Origin: an uncultured delta proteobacterium
GTDB taxonomy: Bacteria; Desulfobacterota; WTBG01
Assembly (NCBI GenBank): GCA_963793865.1
Contig: CAWCBP010000004.1
Location: 160,001 to 224,000, forward strand
DNA: 64,000 bases
Direction: 5' to 3'
The notes under the pieces were generated by a model. That model did not search any database and was not told the origin of the DNA. It worked only from the letters and a program-made list of their open reading frames with translations. Positions 11,218 through 21,329 of the stretch are shown here, piece by piece (the first letter of the stretch is position 1; the number at the start of each line of letters is the position of its first letter). The position numbers and the translations under genes are program-made.

Positions 11218-11715
11218 TCACCCGATGTCCTCTATCTCCACCTTCATGGTGGTGAGGTCAAGGATGGCGGCGGTGGCCCGCCCGCTCAGCCAGCCTCCGC
11301 CTTCGCCGGGATTGATAATCAGGGTCCCACCGGTTCTCACATCGATCTCGTGAGTGTGCCCGTAGATGATCACATCCACCCCGCCGCCCGCCGCTAATGC
11401 CTCCAGACAGGCAGGTTCGTGCATGAGCACAAACCGCTTGCCGCCGAATTCGCACTGGTGGGGCCCCACGGCAATGGTACCGAGCGGGCTGAAGGTTTTC
11501 TGCAGACCGATGCGCTCGCCGTCATTGTTGCCGAAGACAACCGTCATGCCGCAGGCGAGCTTTGAAAAATCACGAAACGTAAAAGGGGAAACAATATCCC
11601 CCGCGTGAAAAACCATTCCCACCGCCCGCCGGTTAAAGAGAGACACCGCTTTCTCAATTGCCCTGCGGTTATCATGGGTATCCGAGATGATGCCCACCAG
11701 GCTGCTGTCCGCCAT
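11218..11715 (-). CDS. Metallophosphoesterase, YfcE/MJ0936 family
   Basis: SDTHD, HAGD, GNND, GHTH, INPG. Confidence 0.9.
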   Translation of the reverse strand: MADSSLVGIISDTHDNRRAIEKAVSLFNRRAVGMVFHAGDIVSPFTFRDFSKLACGMTVVFGNNDGERIGLQKTFSPLGTIAVGPHQCEFGGKRFVLMHEPACLEALAAGGGVDVIIYGHTHEIDVRTGGTLIINPGEGGGWLSGRATAAILDLTTMKVEIEDIG

Positions 11716-11749
11716 GTCCCTTACCTCGAGTGCCATTTACACAATGTGA

Positions 11750-13330
11750 TCAAAGGGTGATCTGCTTAACCGATATGACGTTGTCCAGTTTGGCAAGCCT
11801 GCGCAGCACCGCATCCTCCACCGGCTCATCCACGTGAATGAGTGAAATAGCCACGCCCCCGGCTGATTGCCTGCTCAAGTGCATTTTGGCAATATTGATC
11901 CCCCTGCTCCCCAGCGCCTTTCCGATGGCGCCGATCACCCCCGGCTTGTCATTGTTGTGCATAAGCAGGATGGTGCCCTCGGGCTCGGCCTCGGTCAGGA
12001 AGCTGTCAACCCGCACGATCCGCGGGTCTCCCCTGCCGAAGAGAGTGCCGGCGATGGAGTGCTCACCCTTTTCCGTTATGGTACGCAGGGTAATGAGGCT
12101 GGTGAAGCCTTCACTGTCCCTGGTCTTGACCTCGCTGACCCCGATCCCCCGCTCTTTTGCTATGGGAGCGGCATTGACGTAATTCACCCCCTCGGCGAGC
12201 GCACGTTCCAGAAGACCCTTTAATATGCAAATGGTAAGCGGGGCCTGATCGTACTCTGCCACCTCCCCGCTGTACTCCACGGTCACCTGCCGTATGCTGC
12301 CCTCTGCTGTCTGCGCCTGGAAGCTGCCCATCTTTTCCGCCAGGGTGAGATAGGGCCGCACCTGCTCCAGCATCTCCGGGCTCACCGAGGGAACATTGAC
12401 CGCATTGGTAATAATTCCCTTCTCCAGGTAATCCTTGACCTGCCGGACAATGGCTTCCGCTACCCGCGCCTGCCCCTGGGTGGTGGATGCCCCGAGATGG
12501 GGCGTGGCAATGACCTCATCGAGGCCGAGCAGGGGATTTCCTTCCGGCGGCTCATGCTCAAACACGTCAAGGGCGGCGCCGGCAACGATACCCTGCTTAA
12601 TGGCGTCGCAGAGATCCCCTTCATTGACGATCCCTCCCCGCGCGCAGTTGATAATGCGCACGCCCTTTTTCATTTGCTTGAATGCACGCGCATCGATCAG
12701 GTTCCTGGTGGAATCGGTAAGCGGGGTATGGACGGTAATATAGTCGGACTGCGCAAGCAGCTGCTCAAAGGTCACCCGGTCACCTCCCCTTTTTACCATG
12801 GCCTCCTCGGTGAGAAAGGGGTCAAACGCGATTACCCGCATTTTCAATCCCCGGGCACGGTCAGCCACCACCTGGCCGATATTGCCAAGACCGATGACGC
12901 CCAGCGTCTGATTGAACACCTCCACGCCCATGAATTTCTTCTTTTCCCACTTGCCCGATTTAAGCGAGGCCGCGGCCTGGGGGATATGACGGGACAGCGC
13001 CAGAAGCAGGCTTATGGCATGCTCCGCGGTGGTGATGGCATTGGCGCCCGGCGTGTTCATCACCACGATTCCCCTTCTGCTCGCGGCATCCACATCGATG
13101 TTATCGTAGCCGATGCCCGCCCGGCCGATGACCTTTAAGCGGGGGGCTGATGCCACAACAGCGGCTGTCACCTTGCTGGCGCTGCGGACGATGAGGCCCT
13201 CGTAGTCGGAGATTTTTTCCTTGAGCTCTTCGGGAGACAGGGATGCATAGACATCAGCCTTGATACTGCCTTCTCCCGCAAAGAGTGCGATGCCTTCCTT
13301 TTCCAGGCCATCCGCGATGAGTACCTTCAT
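11750..13330 (-). CDS. serA: D-3-phosphoglycerate dehydrogenase
   Basis: GRAGIGYDNID, GVIGLGNIG, INCARGG, TPHLGAST; C-terminal ACT domain (NNDKPGVIG). Confidence 0.96.
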   Translation of the reverse strand: MKVLIADGLEKEGIALFAGEGSIKADVYASLSPEELKEKISDYEGLIVRSASKVTAAVVASAPRLKVIGRAGIGYDNIDVDAASRRGIVVMNTPGANAITTAEHAISLLLALSRHIPQAAASLKSGKWEKKKFMGVEVFNQTLGVIGLGNIGQVVADRARGLKMRVIAFDPFLTEEAMVKRGGDRVTFEQLLAQSDYITVHTPLTDSTRNLIDARAFKQMKKGVRIINCARGGIVNEGDLCDAIKQGIVAGAALDVFEHEPPEGNPLLGLDEVIATPHLGASTTQGQARVAEAIVRQVKDYLEKGIITNAVNVPSVSPEMLEQVRPYLTLAEKMGSFQAQTAEGSIRQVTVEYSGEVAEYDQAPLTICILKGLLERALAEGVNYVNAAPIAKERGIGVSEVKTRDSEGFTSLITLRTITEKGEHSIAGTLFGRGDPRIVRVDSFLTEAEPEGTILLMHNNDKPGVIGAIGKALGSRGINIAKMHLSRQSAGGVAISLIHVDEPVEDAVLRRLAKLDNVISVKQITL

Positions 13331-13466
13331 GCCTGACCTCCTTTTCCAGGTCCGTTTTCACGGGAACGACATGTTTTATTTTGTCCTTGCATCTTCCCGG
13401 GTGCCATCCCCGGCCCGTATCAACTGCGGGGTAAACTCCAGCGGGGATCCAGTATTTTATTCAGAT

Positions 13467-13494
13467 GTAGGGGCGACCGGCCGGTCGCCCCTAC
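13467..13494. repeat. GTAG-class REP palindrome
   Basis: Identical to 2702-2729. Confidence 0.85.
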
Positions 13495-13540
13495 CGATCA
13501 GATATTATTTTCGTGTTGAAGAAAAACAAGCAACAGCCTG

Positions 13541-14920
13541 CTAGATTATCGGATAGCGTCCATCAAAGCAGGATAAACAAAACTTCTCCCGGTCTAAGGG
13601 CATGGCTTTCATCATGCCCTCCGGGCTGAGGTATCCCAGGCTGTCGAGACCCATAAACCGGGCAATCTCATCAACGGAGTGGGAGGAGGCAATAAGCTCC
13701 TTGCGGGTGGGAAAATCGATGCCATAGTAACAGGGGTAGCGGTGGGGAGGACAGCTGACCCGCATGTGCACTTCCCGTGCACCGGCCTCCCGTAAATTTC
13801 TCACCCTGACCTTGCTGGTGGTGCCCCGGACAATGGAATCCTCGATAACCACAATCCGCTTGTCCTTGATGACTTCCTTGACCGGATTCAGCTTCACCTT
13901 CACCCCCAGGTCCCTGCTGATCTGGGTGGGCTGAATAAACGTCCGGCCCACGTAGTGATTCCTGGTAATGGCCATTTCAAAGGGTATGCCGGACGCTTCG
14001 GCAAAGCCGAGGGCGGCACAGTTGCCGGAATCAGGCATGGGTATCACCATATCCACGTTAACCGGCTGCTCCTTCGCCAGTTCCATGCCCAGCAGCTTAC
14101 GGGTCTGGTAGACGCCTCCTCCGAAAACCCTGCTGTCGGGCCGGGCGAAATAGATGAACTCAAATATGCAGAGCGTGGGCCGCGCCGCGGGAAAGGGCTT
14201 AAGCGAACGCAGCCCGTTTTCGTCGACGGTGACAATTTCCCCCGGCTCAACCTCCCGGACATAGTCGGCCTGGATGAGGTCCAGGGCGCAGGTTTCCGAG
14301 GCGAAGACGTAGGATCCATCAAGCATGCCGATGCAGAGCGGCCTCAATCCATGAGGATCCCTGATGCCGATCATCTCATGCTGCGTAAGCAGTACCAGGG
14401 CATAGGCCCCTTTAAGCTGGGGTAGGGCTTCAATCAGCGCGTCTTCGAGGACAGCGCCTTTTGAACGGGCGAGGAGGTGCACAATGATCTCGCTGTCCAT
14501 GGTGGACTGAAAGATCGACCCTGTTTTTTCCAGCGCCCGTTTGAGCTCAAGGGTGTTGACCAGGTTGCCGTTGTGGGCGATGGCAAGTGATCCCCGCAGG
14601 TACTCCACCTGGAAGGGCTGGGCATTTTTTATCTCCGAGCTGCCGGTGGTGGAATAGCGCACGTGACCGATGGCCCGGTCTCCTTTCAGCTTTTTCAGCC
14701 CCTCTTCATGAAAGATCTCGGGCACCAGCCCCATGCCCCGGTAGCCGGTGAGATGCTTCCCCTCGGAGACAACAATGCCCGCGCTCTCCTGCCCCCGGTG
14801 CTGCAGGGCATACAGGCCGAGGTAGGCAATGCGCGCGGCGTCTTCATGACCGAAGATGCCGAAGATGCCGCATGCTTCCCGCAGCGGCCGTTCCATCTCA
14901 TCTGCTGGTGTGTGGCTCAT
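13541..14920 (-). CDS. purF: Amidophosphoribosyltransferase
   Basis: EACGIFG, LQHRGQE, GHVRYST, DSIVRGTT, CYYGID, CLSC; AGGAG upstream of ATG 14920. Confidence 0.97.
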   Translation of the reverse strand: MSHTPADEMERPLREACGIFGIFGHEDAARIAYLGLYALQHRGQESAGIVVSEGKHLTGYRGMGLVPEIFHEEGLKKLKGDRAIGHVRYSTTGSSEIKNAQPFQVEYLRGSLAIAHNGNLVNTLELKRALEKTGSIFQSTMDSEIIVHLLARSKGAVLEDALIEALPQLKGAYALVLLTQHEMIGIRDPHGLRPLCIGMLDGSYVFASETCALDLIQADYVREVEPGEIVTVDENGLRSLKPFPAARPTLCIFEFIYFARPDSRVFGGGVYQTRKLLGMELAKEQPVNVDMVIPMPDSGNCAALGFAEASGIPFEMAITRNHYVGRTFIQPTQISRDLGVKVKLNPVKEVIKDKRIVVIEDSIVRGTTSKVRVRNLREAGAREVHMRVSCPPHRYPCYYGIDFPTRKELIASSHSVDEIARFMGLDSLGYLSPEGMMKAMPLDREKFCLSCFDGRYPII

Positions 14921-14939
14921 AGGCAATGATATCACTCCT

Positions 14940-17900
14940 TTACCCCTGCGCATGGTAATCCTGCAGGGCCTTGACCTCCAGGCTCCCCTTCTGCAGAAAT
15001 TCAATGCCGTTGACCGCCGCCGAGGCGCCTGAAATGGTGGTGATGTAGGGTACATTATACATGACCGCAAGGCTTCTCAGGCTGAGCTGGTCGGCATAGG
15101 CCTCTTTCCCCGAGGGCGTGTTGATAATCAAATCGACCCCGCCGCTTTTAATCAGGTCTGCGATGTTGGGCCTGCCCTCGATAATTTTCAGGACCCGCGT
15201 CACCTCCAGCCCATTACGGGTGAGTACCCTGGCCGTGCCCCCGGTTGCAAGCAGGGTAAAACCCAGATCAAAAAGCTTTTTGGCAATGAAGATGATGGAC
15301 CGCTTATCCTGGCTTCTGACACTGATAAACACCCTTCCCGCGACGGGCAGCAGCTGCCCCGCGGCAATCTGTGATTTGGCGTACGCCCTCCCGAAATCAA
15401 TATCGATCCCCATTACCTCCCCGGTGGATTTCATCTCCGGCCCCAGAACCGGGTCCACCCCGGCAAAGCGGCTGAAGGGAAAGACGGCCTCTTTAACCGC
15501 AATGTGGTCCGAAGGATATTCATCCCTGACCCCGAGTTCCTTAAGCGTCATGCCCGCCATCACCTTGGCGGCAATCTTCGCCCAGGGCACTCCGGTTGCC
15601 TTGCTCACAAAGGGCACGGTGCGGGAGGCCCGGGGATTTACCTCCAGGACATAGAGGACATCATTTTTTACCGCGTACTGTATGTTCATCAATCCCACCA
15701 CCTCAAGCTCCCGGGCAAGCCGGATGGTGCTTTCCCGGATGGCGCCGATCATCTCATCCCCGAGGGTGTAGGGCGGAATGACGCAGGCGCTGTCGCCGGA
15801 GTGAATCCCCGCCTCTTCAATGTGCTCCATGACGCCGGCAATGACGCACCGCTCTCCGTCGGCAACCGCATCCACGTCAACCTCAATGGCGTCCTCGAGA
15901 AATTTATCGATCAGCAGGGGGTGCTGCGGTGAAACCTGAAGCGCGGCGGCGGCGAACTCCAGGAGAGACTCTTCGTTGTAAGCGATCTTCATGGCCCTTC
16001 CCCCCAGCACATAGGAGGGGCGGACCACCACGGGAAACCCTATGCCCACCGCCTTCCGCCGGGCCTCTTCAAGGCTGCCGGCCGTGTCGTTGACCGGCTG
16101 ATTGAGGTTGAGCTTTTTGAGCAGCCGGGTGAAGCGCTCCCGGTCCTCGGCCCGGTCTATGCTGTCGGGGCTGGTCCCGATGATGGGAACCCCGTTTCGT
16201 GCCAGCGGGACCGCCAGGTTGAGCGGGGTCTGCCCCCCGAACTGCACGATCACACCGTCGGGTTTTTCCTGCCCGGCAATGGCCAGCACGTCCTCCAGGG
16301 TCAGGGGCTCAAAGTAGAGCTTGCTCGAGGTATCGTAATCCGTGCTCACCGTCTCGGGATTGCTGTTGACCATGATGGTTTCGTAGCCCAGTTCCCGGAG
16401 GGCAAAGGAGGCGTGGACGCAGCAATAATCAAATTCAATCCCCTGGCCGATGCGGTTGGGGCCGCCTCCCAGGATCATGATCTTCTTCCGGTCGGTCCTG
16501 GTGCTTTCGTTTTCCTCTTCGTAGGTGGAATAATAGTACGGGGTATAGGCCTCGAATTCGGCCGCGCAGGTATCAACCAGCTTGAACACCGGCTGGACGC
16601 CGCACTCCCGGCGCAGCTGCCTTACCGCGTCCTCGCTCGTTCCCAGCAGGTGCGCAAGCTGGACATCGGAGAAGCCCTGCCGCTTGGCCTCGCGCAGGAG
16701 ATCGGAGGAAATTGAAAGCTGCTGTCCGCCGCCCTCCTCCCCGTTTATTCCGCAGCGGCAGGCGGCAATTTCCTTCTCCGTCTCGATAATTTCGGCTATG
16801 TTGTCTATAAACCAGGGATCAACCCCGGTCAGCGCGGTCACCTCCTCCGCGCTTATTCCCAGCTGCAGCGCATATCTTATGTAGAACAGCCGCTCCGCCC
16901 GGGGCACCGCCAGCGCTTCGCTGATGTGCAGCTTCAGCTCCCGCGCAGCCTCTGTTTCCGCGGCGGCGCCCATGCCCGGCACAATGCTCATCAGGTCCCT
17001 GCCGTCGGCCCCCAGTCCATGCCGCCCGGTTTCCAGCGAACGCAGCCCTTTTTGCAGGGCTTCCTTGAAGGTGCGCCCGATGGCCATGGTCTCGCCCACC
17101 GATTTCATGGAAATGCCCAGCACATTGTCCGCGCCGGGAAATTTTTCAAAGGTGAAGCGGGGAATTTTCACCACGCAGTAATCGATGGCGGGCTCAAAGG
17201 AAGCGGGCGTCTCCCGGGTGATGTCATTGCGTATCTCGTCCAGCGTGTAGCCGACCGCCAGCTTTGCCGCCATTTTGGCGATGGGAAAGCCGGTTGCCTT
17301 GGACGCCAGGGCGGAACTTCGCGAAACGCGGGGATTCATCTCAATCACCACCCGGCGGCCGGTGGCGGGATCAACGGCAAACTGGATGTTCGATCCCCCG
17401 GTCTCAACCCCGATCTCCCTGATGATGCTGCAGGCGGCGTCGCGCATCTCCTGATATTCCCTGTCGCTCAGCGTCTGCGCGGGAGCGACGGTGATGCTGT
17501 CGCCGGTGTGAATGCCCATGGGATCAAAGTTCTCGATGGAGCAGATGATGACCACGTTGTCCTTGAGGTCCCGCATCACTTCCAGCTCGAATTCCTTCCA
17601 TCCCCGGACGGACTCTTCAATCAGTATTTCACTGATCATGCTGCATTCCAGCCCGCGCGCCGCAATCTTCTCAAATTCCTCCACGTTATAGGCTATGCCC
17701 CCGCCGGTTCCGCCCAGGGTAAAGCTGGGGCGGATGATGAGGGGATAGCCGATTTCCTGCGCCCTCAACCGGGCCTCCTCCATGGTGCGGGCGAGGCCGC
17801 TCCGCGGAACCTCCTGGCCGATGCGCTGCATGGCCTCTTTGAAAAGCTCCCGGTCTTCCGCCTTGTGTATGGCCTCGTAATCGGCGCCGATCATGATAAC

Positions 17901-18236
17901 GCCGTGGGCGGCGAGGACTCCCTTCTCCGCCAGCACCGAGGCCACGTTCAGCGCCGTCTGTCCCCCGAGGGTGGGAAGCAGGGCATCCGGCCGCTCTTTA
18001 CGTATGACCTTCTCAACCATCTCCGGGGTGATGGGCTCGATATAGGTGCGGCCGGCCATTTCGGGATCGGTCATGATGGTCGCGGGGTTGCTGTTGATCA
18101 GCACCACCTCAAATCCGTCATCCCTGAGCGCCTTGCAGGCCTGGGTGCCGGAATAGTCGAATTCGCAGGCCTGGCTGATCACAATGGGCCCGGAACCGAT
18201 GATCAGGATTTTATTAATGTCGTTCCGTCTAGGCAC
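14940..18236 (-). CDS. carB: Carbamoyl-phosphate synthase large subunit
   Basis: [17 protein letters not shown], two ATP-grasp halves, MGS domain. Confidence 0.98.
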   Translation of the reverse strand: MPRRNDINKILIIGSGPIVISQACEFDYSGTQACKALRDDGFEVVLINSNPATIMTDPEMAGRTYIEPITPEMVEKVIRKERPDALLPTLGGQTALNVASVLAEKGVLAAHGVIMIGADYEAIHKAEDRELFKEAMQRIGQEVPRSGLARTMEEARLRAQEIGYPLIIRPSFTLGGTGGGIAYNVEEFEKIAARGLECSMISEILIEESVRGWKEFELEVMRDLKDNVVIICSIENFDPMGIHTGDSITVAPAQTLSDREYQEMRDAACSIIREIGVETGGSNIQFAVDPATGRRVVIEMNPRVSRSSALASKATGFPIAKMAAKLAVGYTLDEIRNDITRETPASFEPAIDYCVVKIPRFTFEKFPGADNVLGISMKSVGETMAIGRTFKEALQKGLRSLETGRHGLGADGRDLMSIVPGMGAAAETEAARELKLHISEALAVPRAERLFYIRYALQLGISAEEVTALTGVDPWFIDNIAEIIETEKEIAACRCGINGEEGGGQQLSISSDLLREAKRQGFSDVQLAHLLGTSEDAVRQLRRECGVQPVFKLVDTCAAEFEAYTPYYYSTYEEENESTRTDRKKIMILGGGPNRIGQGIEFDYCCVHASFALRELGYETIMVNSNPETVSTDYDTSSKLYFEPLTLEDVLAIAGQEKPDGVIVQFGGQTPLNLAVPLARNGVPIIGTSPDSIDRAEDRERFTRLLKKLNLNQPVNDTAGSLEEARRKAVGIGFPVVVRPSYVLGGRAMKIAYNEESLLEFAAAALQVSPQHPLLIDKFLEDAIEVDVDAVADGERCVIAGVMEHIEEAGIHSGDSACVIPPYTLGDEMIGAIRESTIRLARELEVVGLMNIQYAVKNDVLYVLEVNPRASRTVPFVSKATGVPWAKIAAKVMAGMTLKELGVRDEYPSDHIAVKEAVFPFSRFAGVDPVLGPEMKSTGEVMGIDIDFGRAYAKSQIAAGQLLPVAGRVFISVRSQDKRSIIFIAKKLFDLGFTLLATGGTARVLTRNGLEVTRVLKIIEGRPNIADLIKSGGVDLIINTPSGKEAYADQLSLRSLAVMYNVPYITTISGASAAVNGIEFLQKGSLEVKALQDYHAQG

Positions 18237-19329
18237 TGGTCCACCTCTTCATCATGCTTACGAACTCTTGGAAGAGGTACGATGCATCGTGGGGCCCGGG
18301 AGAGGCTTCCGGGTGATACTGCACCGAGAAAAGAGGCAGCGTCTTATGCCGCATGCCTTCCGGGGTATGGTCATTGAGATTAATATGGGTCAGCTCTATC
18401 TCGCTGTCCTTAAGGCTTTCCATATCCAGGCAAAAACCGTGATTCTGGGAGGTGATGCTCACCTTCCCGCTGGCCAGGTCCTTTACCGGCTGGTTACCTC
18501 CCCGGTGGCCGAACTTCAGCTTATAGGTTTTCCCGCCCAGGGCAAGTCCCAGCATCTGATGCCCCAGGCAGATGCCGAGCAGGGGAAGTTTGCCGATCAG
18601 CGCCCGAACCGTGTCCACCACGTAGGCTACTGCGGCGGGGTCGCCGGGACCATTGGAAAGTACCACTCCGTGGGGCTTGAGGGCCATGATCTCCTCCGCC
18701 CGGGTTTGCGCCGGCACCACGGTGACCGCGCATCCTGCGCGGGCAAGCATGCGCATGATATTCCTTTTAGCGCCGCAGTCCAGAACCACCACCCGGTATC
18801 CGGGAGGCACCTGTCTGTCCGGCCCCTCCCACCGATATACGGCCTCGCAGGTGACCTCCTGCACCAGATCACGCCCGATGATGCCGGGTGAGGATCGCGC
18901 TCTGTCCACCAACTCCTTTTCGTCGAGACACTCGGTTGAAATCACCGCCTTCATGGCGCCCGCGGTTCTGATGTGTCTGGTAAGCGCCCGGGTATCCACA
19001 CCCTCAATTCCCACCACCCCGTGCCGCTCCAGGTAGTCCGACAGTCCCCCGCGGGAGCGCCAGCTGCTGGCAATCCTGCTTAATTCCCTGACGACATACC
19101 CCTCGGCCCGGGGGACCGATGATTCCAAATCCTCATCATTGACGCCGTAGTTTCCAATCAGCGGGTAGGTCATGGTAACAATCTGGCCCTTGTAGGAAGG
19201 ATCGGTGAGGATTTCCTGGTAGCCGGTCATGCTGGTGTTAAACACCACTTCTCCCGCCCGCTCGCCGGCGGCGCCGCATGCGACGCCTTTGAAAATTGTT
19301 CCGTCTTCTAAAGCCAGCATGGCCTTCAT
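18229..19329 (-). CDS. carA: Carbamoyl-phosphate synthase small subunit
   Basis: [34 protein letters not shown]. Confidence 0.98.
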   Translation of the reverse strand: MKAMLALEDGTIFKGVACGAAGERAGEVVFNTSMTGYQEILTDPSYKGQIVTMTYPLIGNYGVNDEDLESSVPRAEGYVVRELSRIASSWRSRGGLSDYLERHGVVGIEGVDTRALTRHIRTAGAMKAVISTECLDEKELVDRARSSPGIIGRDLVQEVTCEAVYRWEGPDRQVPPGYRVVVLDCGAKRNIMRMLARAGCAVTVVPAQTRAEEIMALKPHGVVLSNGPGDPAAVAYVVDTVRALIGKLPLLGICLGHQMLGLALGGKTYKLKFGHRGGNQPVKDLASGKVSITSQNHGFCLDMESLKDSEIELTHINLNDHTPEGMRHKTLPLFSVQYHPEASPGPHDASYLFQEFVSMMKRWTSA

Positions 19330-19480
19330 GGGAGACCTCGCACCGGGCCTTCACAAGCGTTTGCCCGGAGCATCTGAACACGAAACCGCTACCGGCCGCG
19401 CTGCCGCAGCCGCAGATGTGTCTGAGGGGTTAAACGGCGGAAGATGACAGGGAGCAGATTGTTGAAAAAGTATTTTTCCC

Positions 19481-19605
19481 CAGGCTGTTCAAAAACGTCC
19501 AGATGCAAGGCACGCGAAATCCCGAGGAATGAGGCGTACATTCCGGTACGCCGCAATGACGAAGGATGAGAGTAACGCCGCAGATGGGTGTTTTTCAACA
19601 GCCTG
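19481..19605. mobile_element. MITE-like element with terminal inverted repeats
   Basis: CAGGCTGTTCAAAAAC...GTTTTTCAACAGCCTG, 125 bp, with an internal GGCGTAC..GTACGCC hairpin; extra partial end at ~19455. Confidence 0.75.
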
Positions 19606-19643
19606 GCAGATTGAGACAGCGCTCCGCCTCGCGGCGGAAGAGA

Positions 19644-20894
19644 TCATTCGTCAAACGAGTACTGCACCTTTTGAAAGGGGCTCCGCAGCTCCCGCACCTC
19701 GCTGTTGACGGAATGCGATTCCTTGAGGCACTTTCTGAACAGCGCCGCGATCTTCTCCATCTCCACCTCTTTCATGCCGAACCGGGTCATCTCCTGCACA
19801 CCGATGCGAATGCCCGCGGGGTTGGTCACTCTCTCGAGGGGCTCAAAGGGGAGAAGGTTCATGTTGAGGATGATGCCATTCTCTTTCAGAATGCGGGCCA
19901 CCTCGTTGCCGCCGCCCAGCTCCGACACATCGATGGCAACCTGGTGCGACTCGGTAAAGTCGAATTCCTTGGCCTGCACATTAAAGCCCATGTCGGAGAG
20001 GCTCCGGGCCAGCGTCTTGGCATTGGCAATGGTCTGCGCGGCGTACCCTTCGGCGAAGGCAATGACCTCGCAGGTGCTGATGGCCAGCGAGACCAGGGTA
20101 TCCAGGTGATGGTTGGATGAGGACCCGGGGAAGGCGCCCTTATCGATTTTCCACCAGTCCTTGTTGTTCATGTTGCTCATGATCAGCCCCCGCTGAGAGC
20201 CGAAAAAGGTTTTGTGGGTGCTGGCGGTCATGATGTCCGCTCCCTCGGCCAGGGGGTCCTGGAAGCGCTTCCCGGCGATCAAGCCCAGCACGTGGGCCGC
20301 GTCATAGATAACCGTGGTTCCGTTATCGCTGCAGACCGACCTCAATTGGCGCACCGGCTCGGGAAAGAGGAAGAGGCTCTTGCCCAGAATGAGCACCTTG
20401 GGATGCAGCTTGCTGATCAGCTTTTCCGTCCCCTCGCAGTCGATGTGGTAGCCGTCGGGGGTGAGGGGAAAGTCAACGATATTCTTTGTGTACTTGCCCA
20501 CCGAGCCCGATTTGTGGTGGCTGATGTGACCTCCCCCCGCGGTGGAGTTCACCATGACCACGTCCCCGGGGGCTATGTACCTGCTGAATACCGCGTCATT
20601 GGCAATCGTGCCGCTGATGGGCCTCACTTCCATGTGCTGGCAGTTGAAAAGGGTCTTCAGCTGCAGCTTGATCCAGCTTTCGATCTCATCAATCTTGTCG
20701 GTCCCCTGGTAGTAGCGCTCGCCGGGGTGCCCTTCGGCATAGCGGTGGGCAAAATCAGAACCCATGATGGCGCGGGCGCGCCCGCTCATCACGTTTTCGC
20801 TGGCAATGAGGTTGATGGTGCCGAGCCGCCATTCGTTCTGCTGGTTCACAACCTCTTCAATCCACTTTACATTTCTCTCATGCATGGTTTTCAA
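19644..20894 (-). CDS. glyA: Serine hydroxymethyltransferase (archaeal-like sequence type)
   Basis: LIASEN, YAEG, GGHISH, YDAAHVLGL, STHKT (PLP Lys), FPG..SNHH. Confidence 0.92.
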   Translation of the reverse strand: MKTMHERNVKWIEEVVNQQNEWRLGTINLIASENVMSGRARAIMGSDFAHRYAEGHPGERYYQGTDKIDEIESWIKLQLKTLFNCQHMEVRPISGTIANDAVFSRYIAPGDVVMVNSTAGGGHISHHKSGSVGKYTKNIVDFPLTPDGYHIDCEGTEKLISKLHPKVLILGKSLFLFPEPVRQLRSVCSDNGTTVIYDAAHVLGLIAGKRFQDPLAEGADIMTASTHKTFFGSQRGLIMSNMNNKDWWKIDKGAFPGSSSNHHLDTLVSLAISTCEVIAFAEGYAAQTIANAKTLARSLSDMGFNVQAKEFDFTESHQVAIDVSELGGGNEVARILKENGIILNMNLLPFEPLERVTNPAGIRIGVQEMTRFGMKEVEMEKIAALFRKCLKESHSVNSEVRELRSPFQKVQYSFDE

Positions 20895-21034
20895 TGCCTT
20901 ACCTCGTTACAATTGTTAATATTGTCTGATTCCCCGATGCTGCTGCCGCACTACTACCACTTTTTATAACCGGGCGCAACTTAAAGATGTGCGCCTGTTG
21001 AGCAGACCGGGATGCATCACGCAATCCCCTTCCC

Positions 21035-21268
21035 TTACTCGGATTCTTCGGCCACATCCATTTCCTGCACGTGTTTTTTTGCCAGGTCCTCAATAGCGCG
21101 GGCCTTGCCGATGGGCTTTTTTATCTCTTCCGCCGCATCGCGCCCCACCTGTTCCGTAAGCGCTTCTATCCCGCTTTTCTCCTCCTCCTCACCCTGCTTT
21201 TGAGCGCAGCCCGGCCCCCCGGCCAGAAAGGATGCGGCAAGCATAAGGTACGGCAGCATTTTCCACAT
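21035..21268 (-). CDS. Small putative lipoprotein
   Basis: AAGGAG RBS; MWKMLPYLMLAASFLAGGPGC then a charged tail. Confidence 0.65.
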   Translation of the reverse strand: MWKMLPYLMLAASFLAGGPGCAQKQGEEEEKSGIEALTEQVGRDAAEEIKKPIGKARAIEDLAKKHVQEMDVAEESE

Positions 21269-21329
21269 GGCGGTCTCCTTCATCGGCCGGCAGCACAGCG
21301 CTGCCGCCTCAGTGCACGCGAGGCTGCCG

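Noticed and set aside
16926..18377. Long antisense ORFs (also 40430..42094, 589..1623, 27559..28497)
   Set aside because: Shadows of GC-rich genes on the opposite strand with no recognisable motifs
19389..19598. 69-aa ORF MKNTHLRRYSHPSS...
   Set aside because: It is the translation of the MITE, not a credible gene
20895..21034. ZTP, THF or glycine riboswitch upstream of glyA
   Set aside because: No recognisable consensus elements
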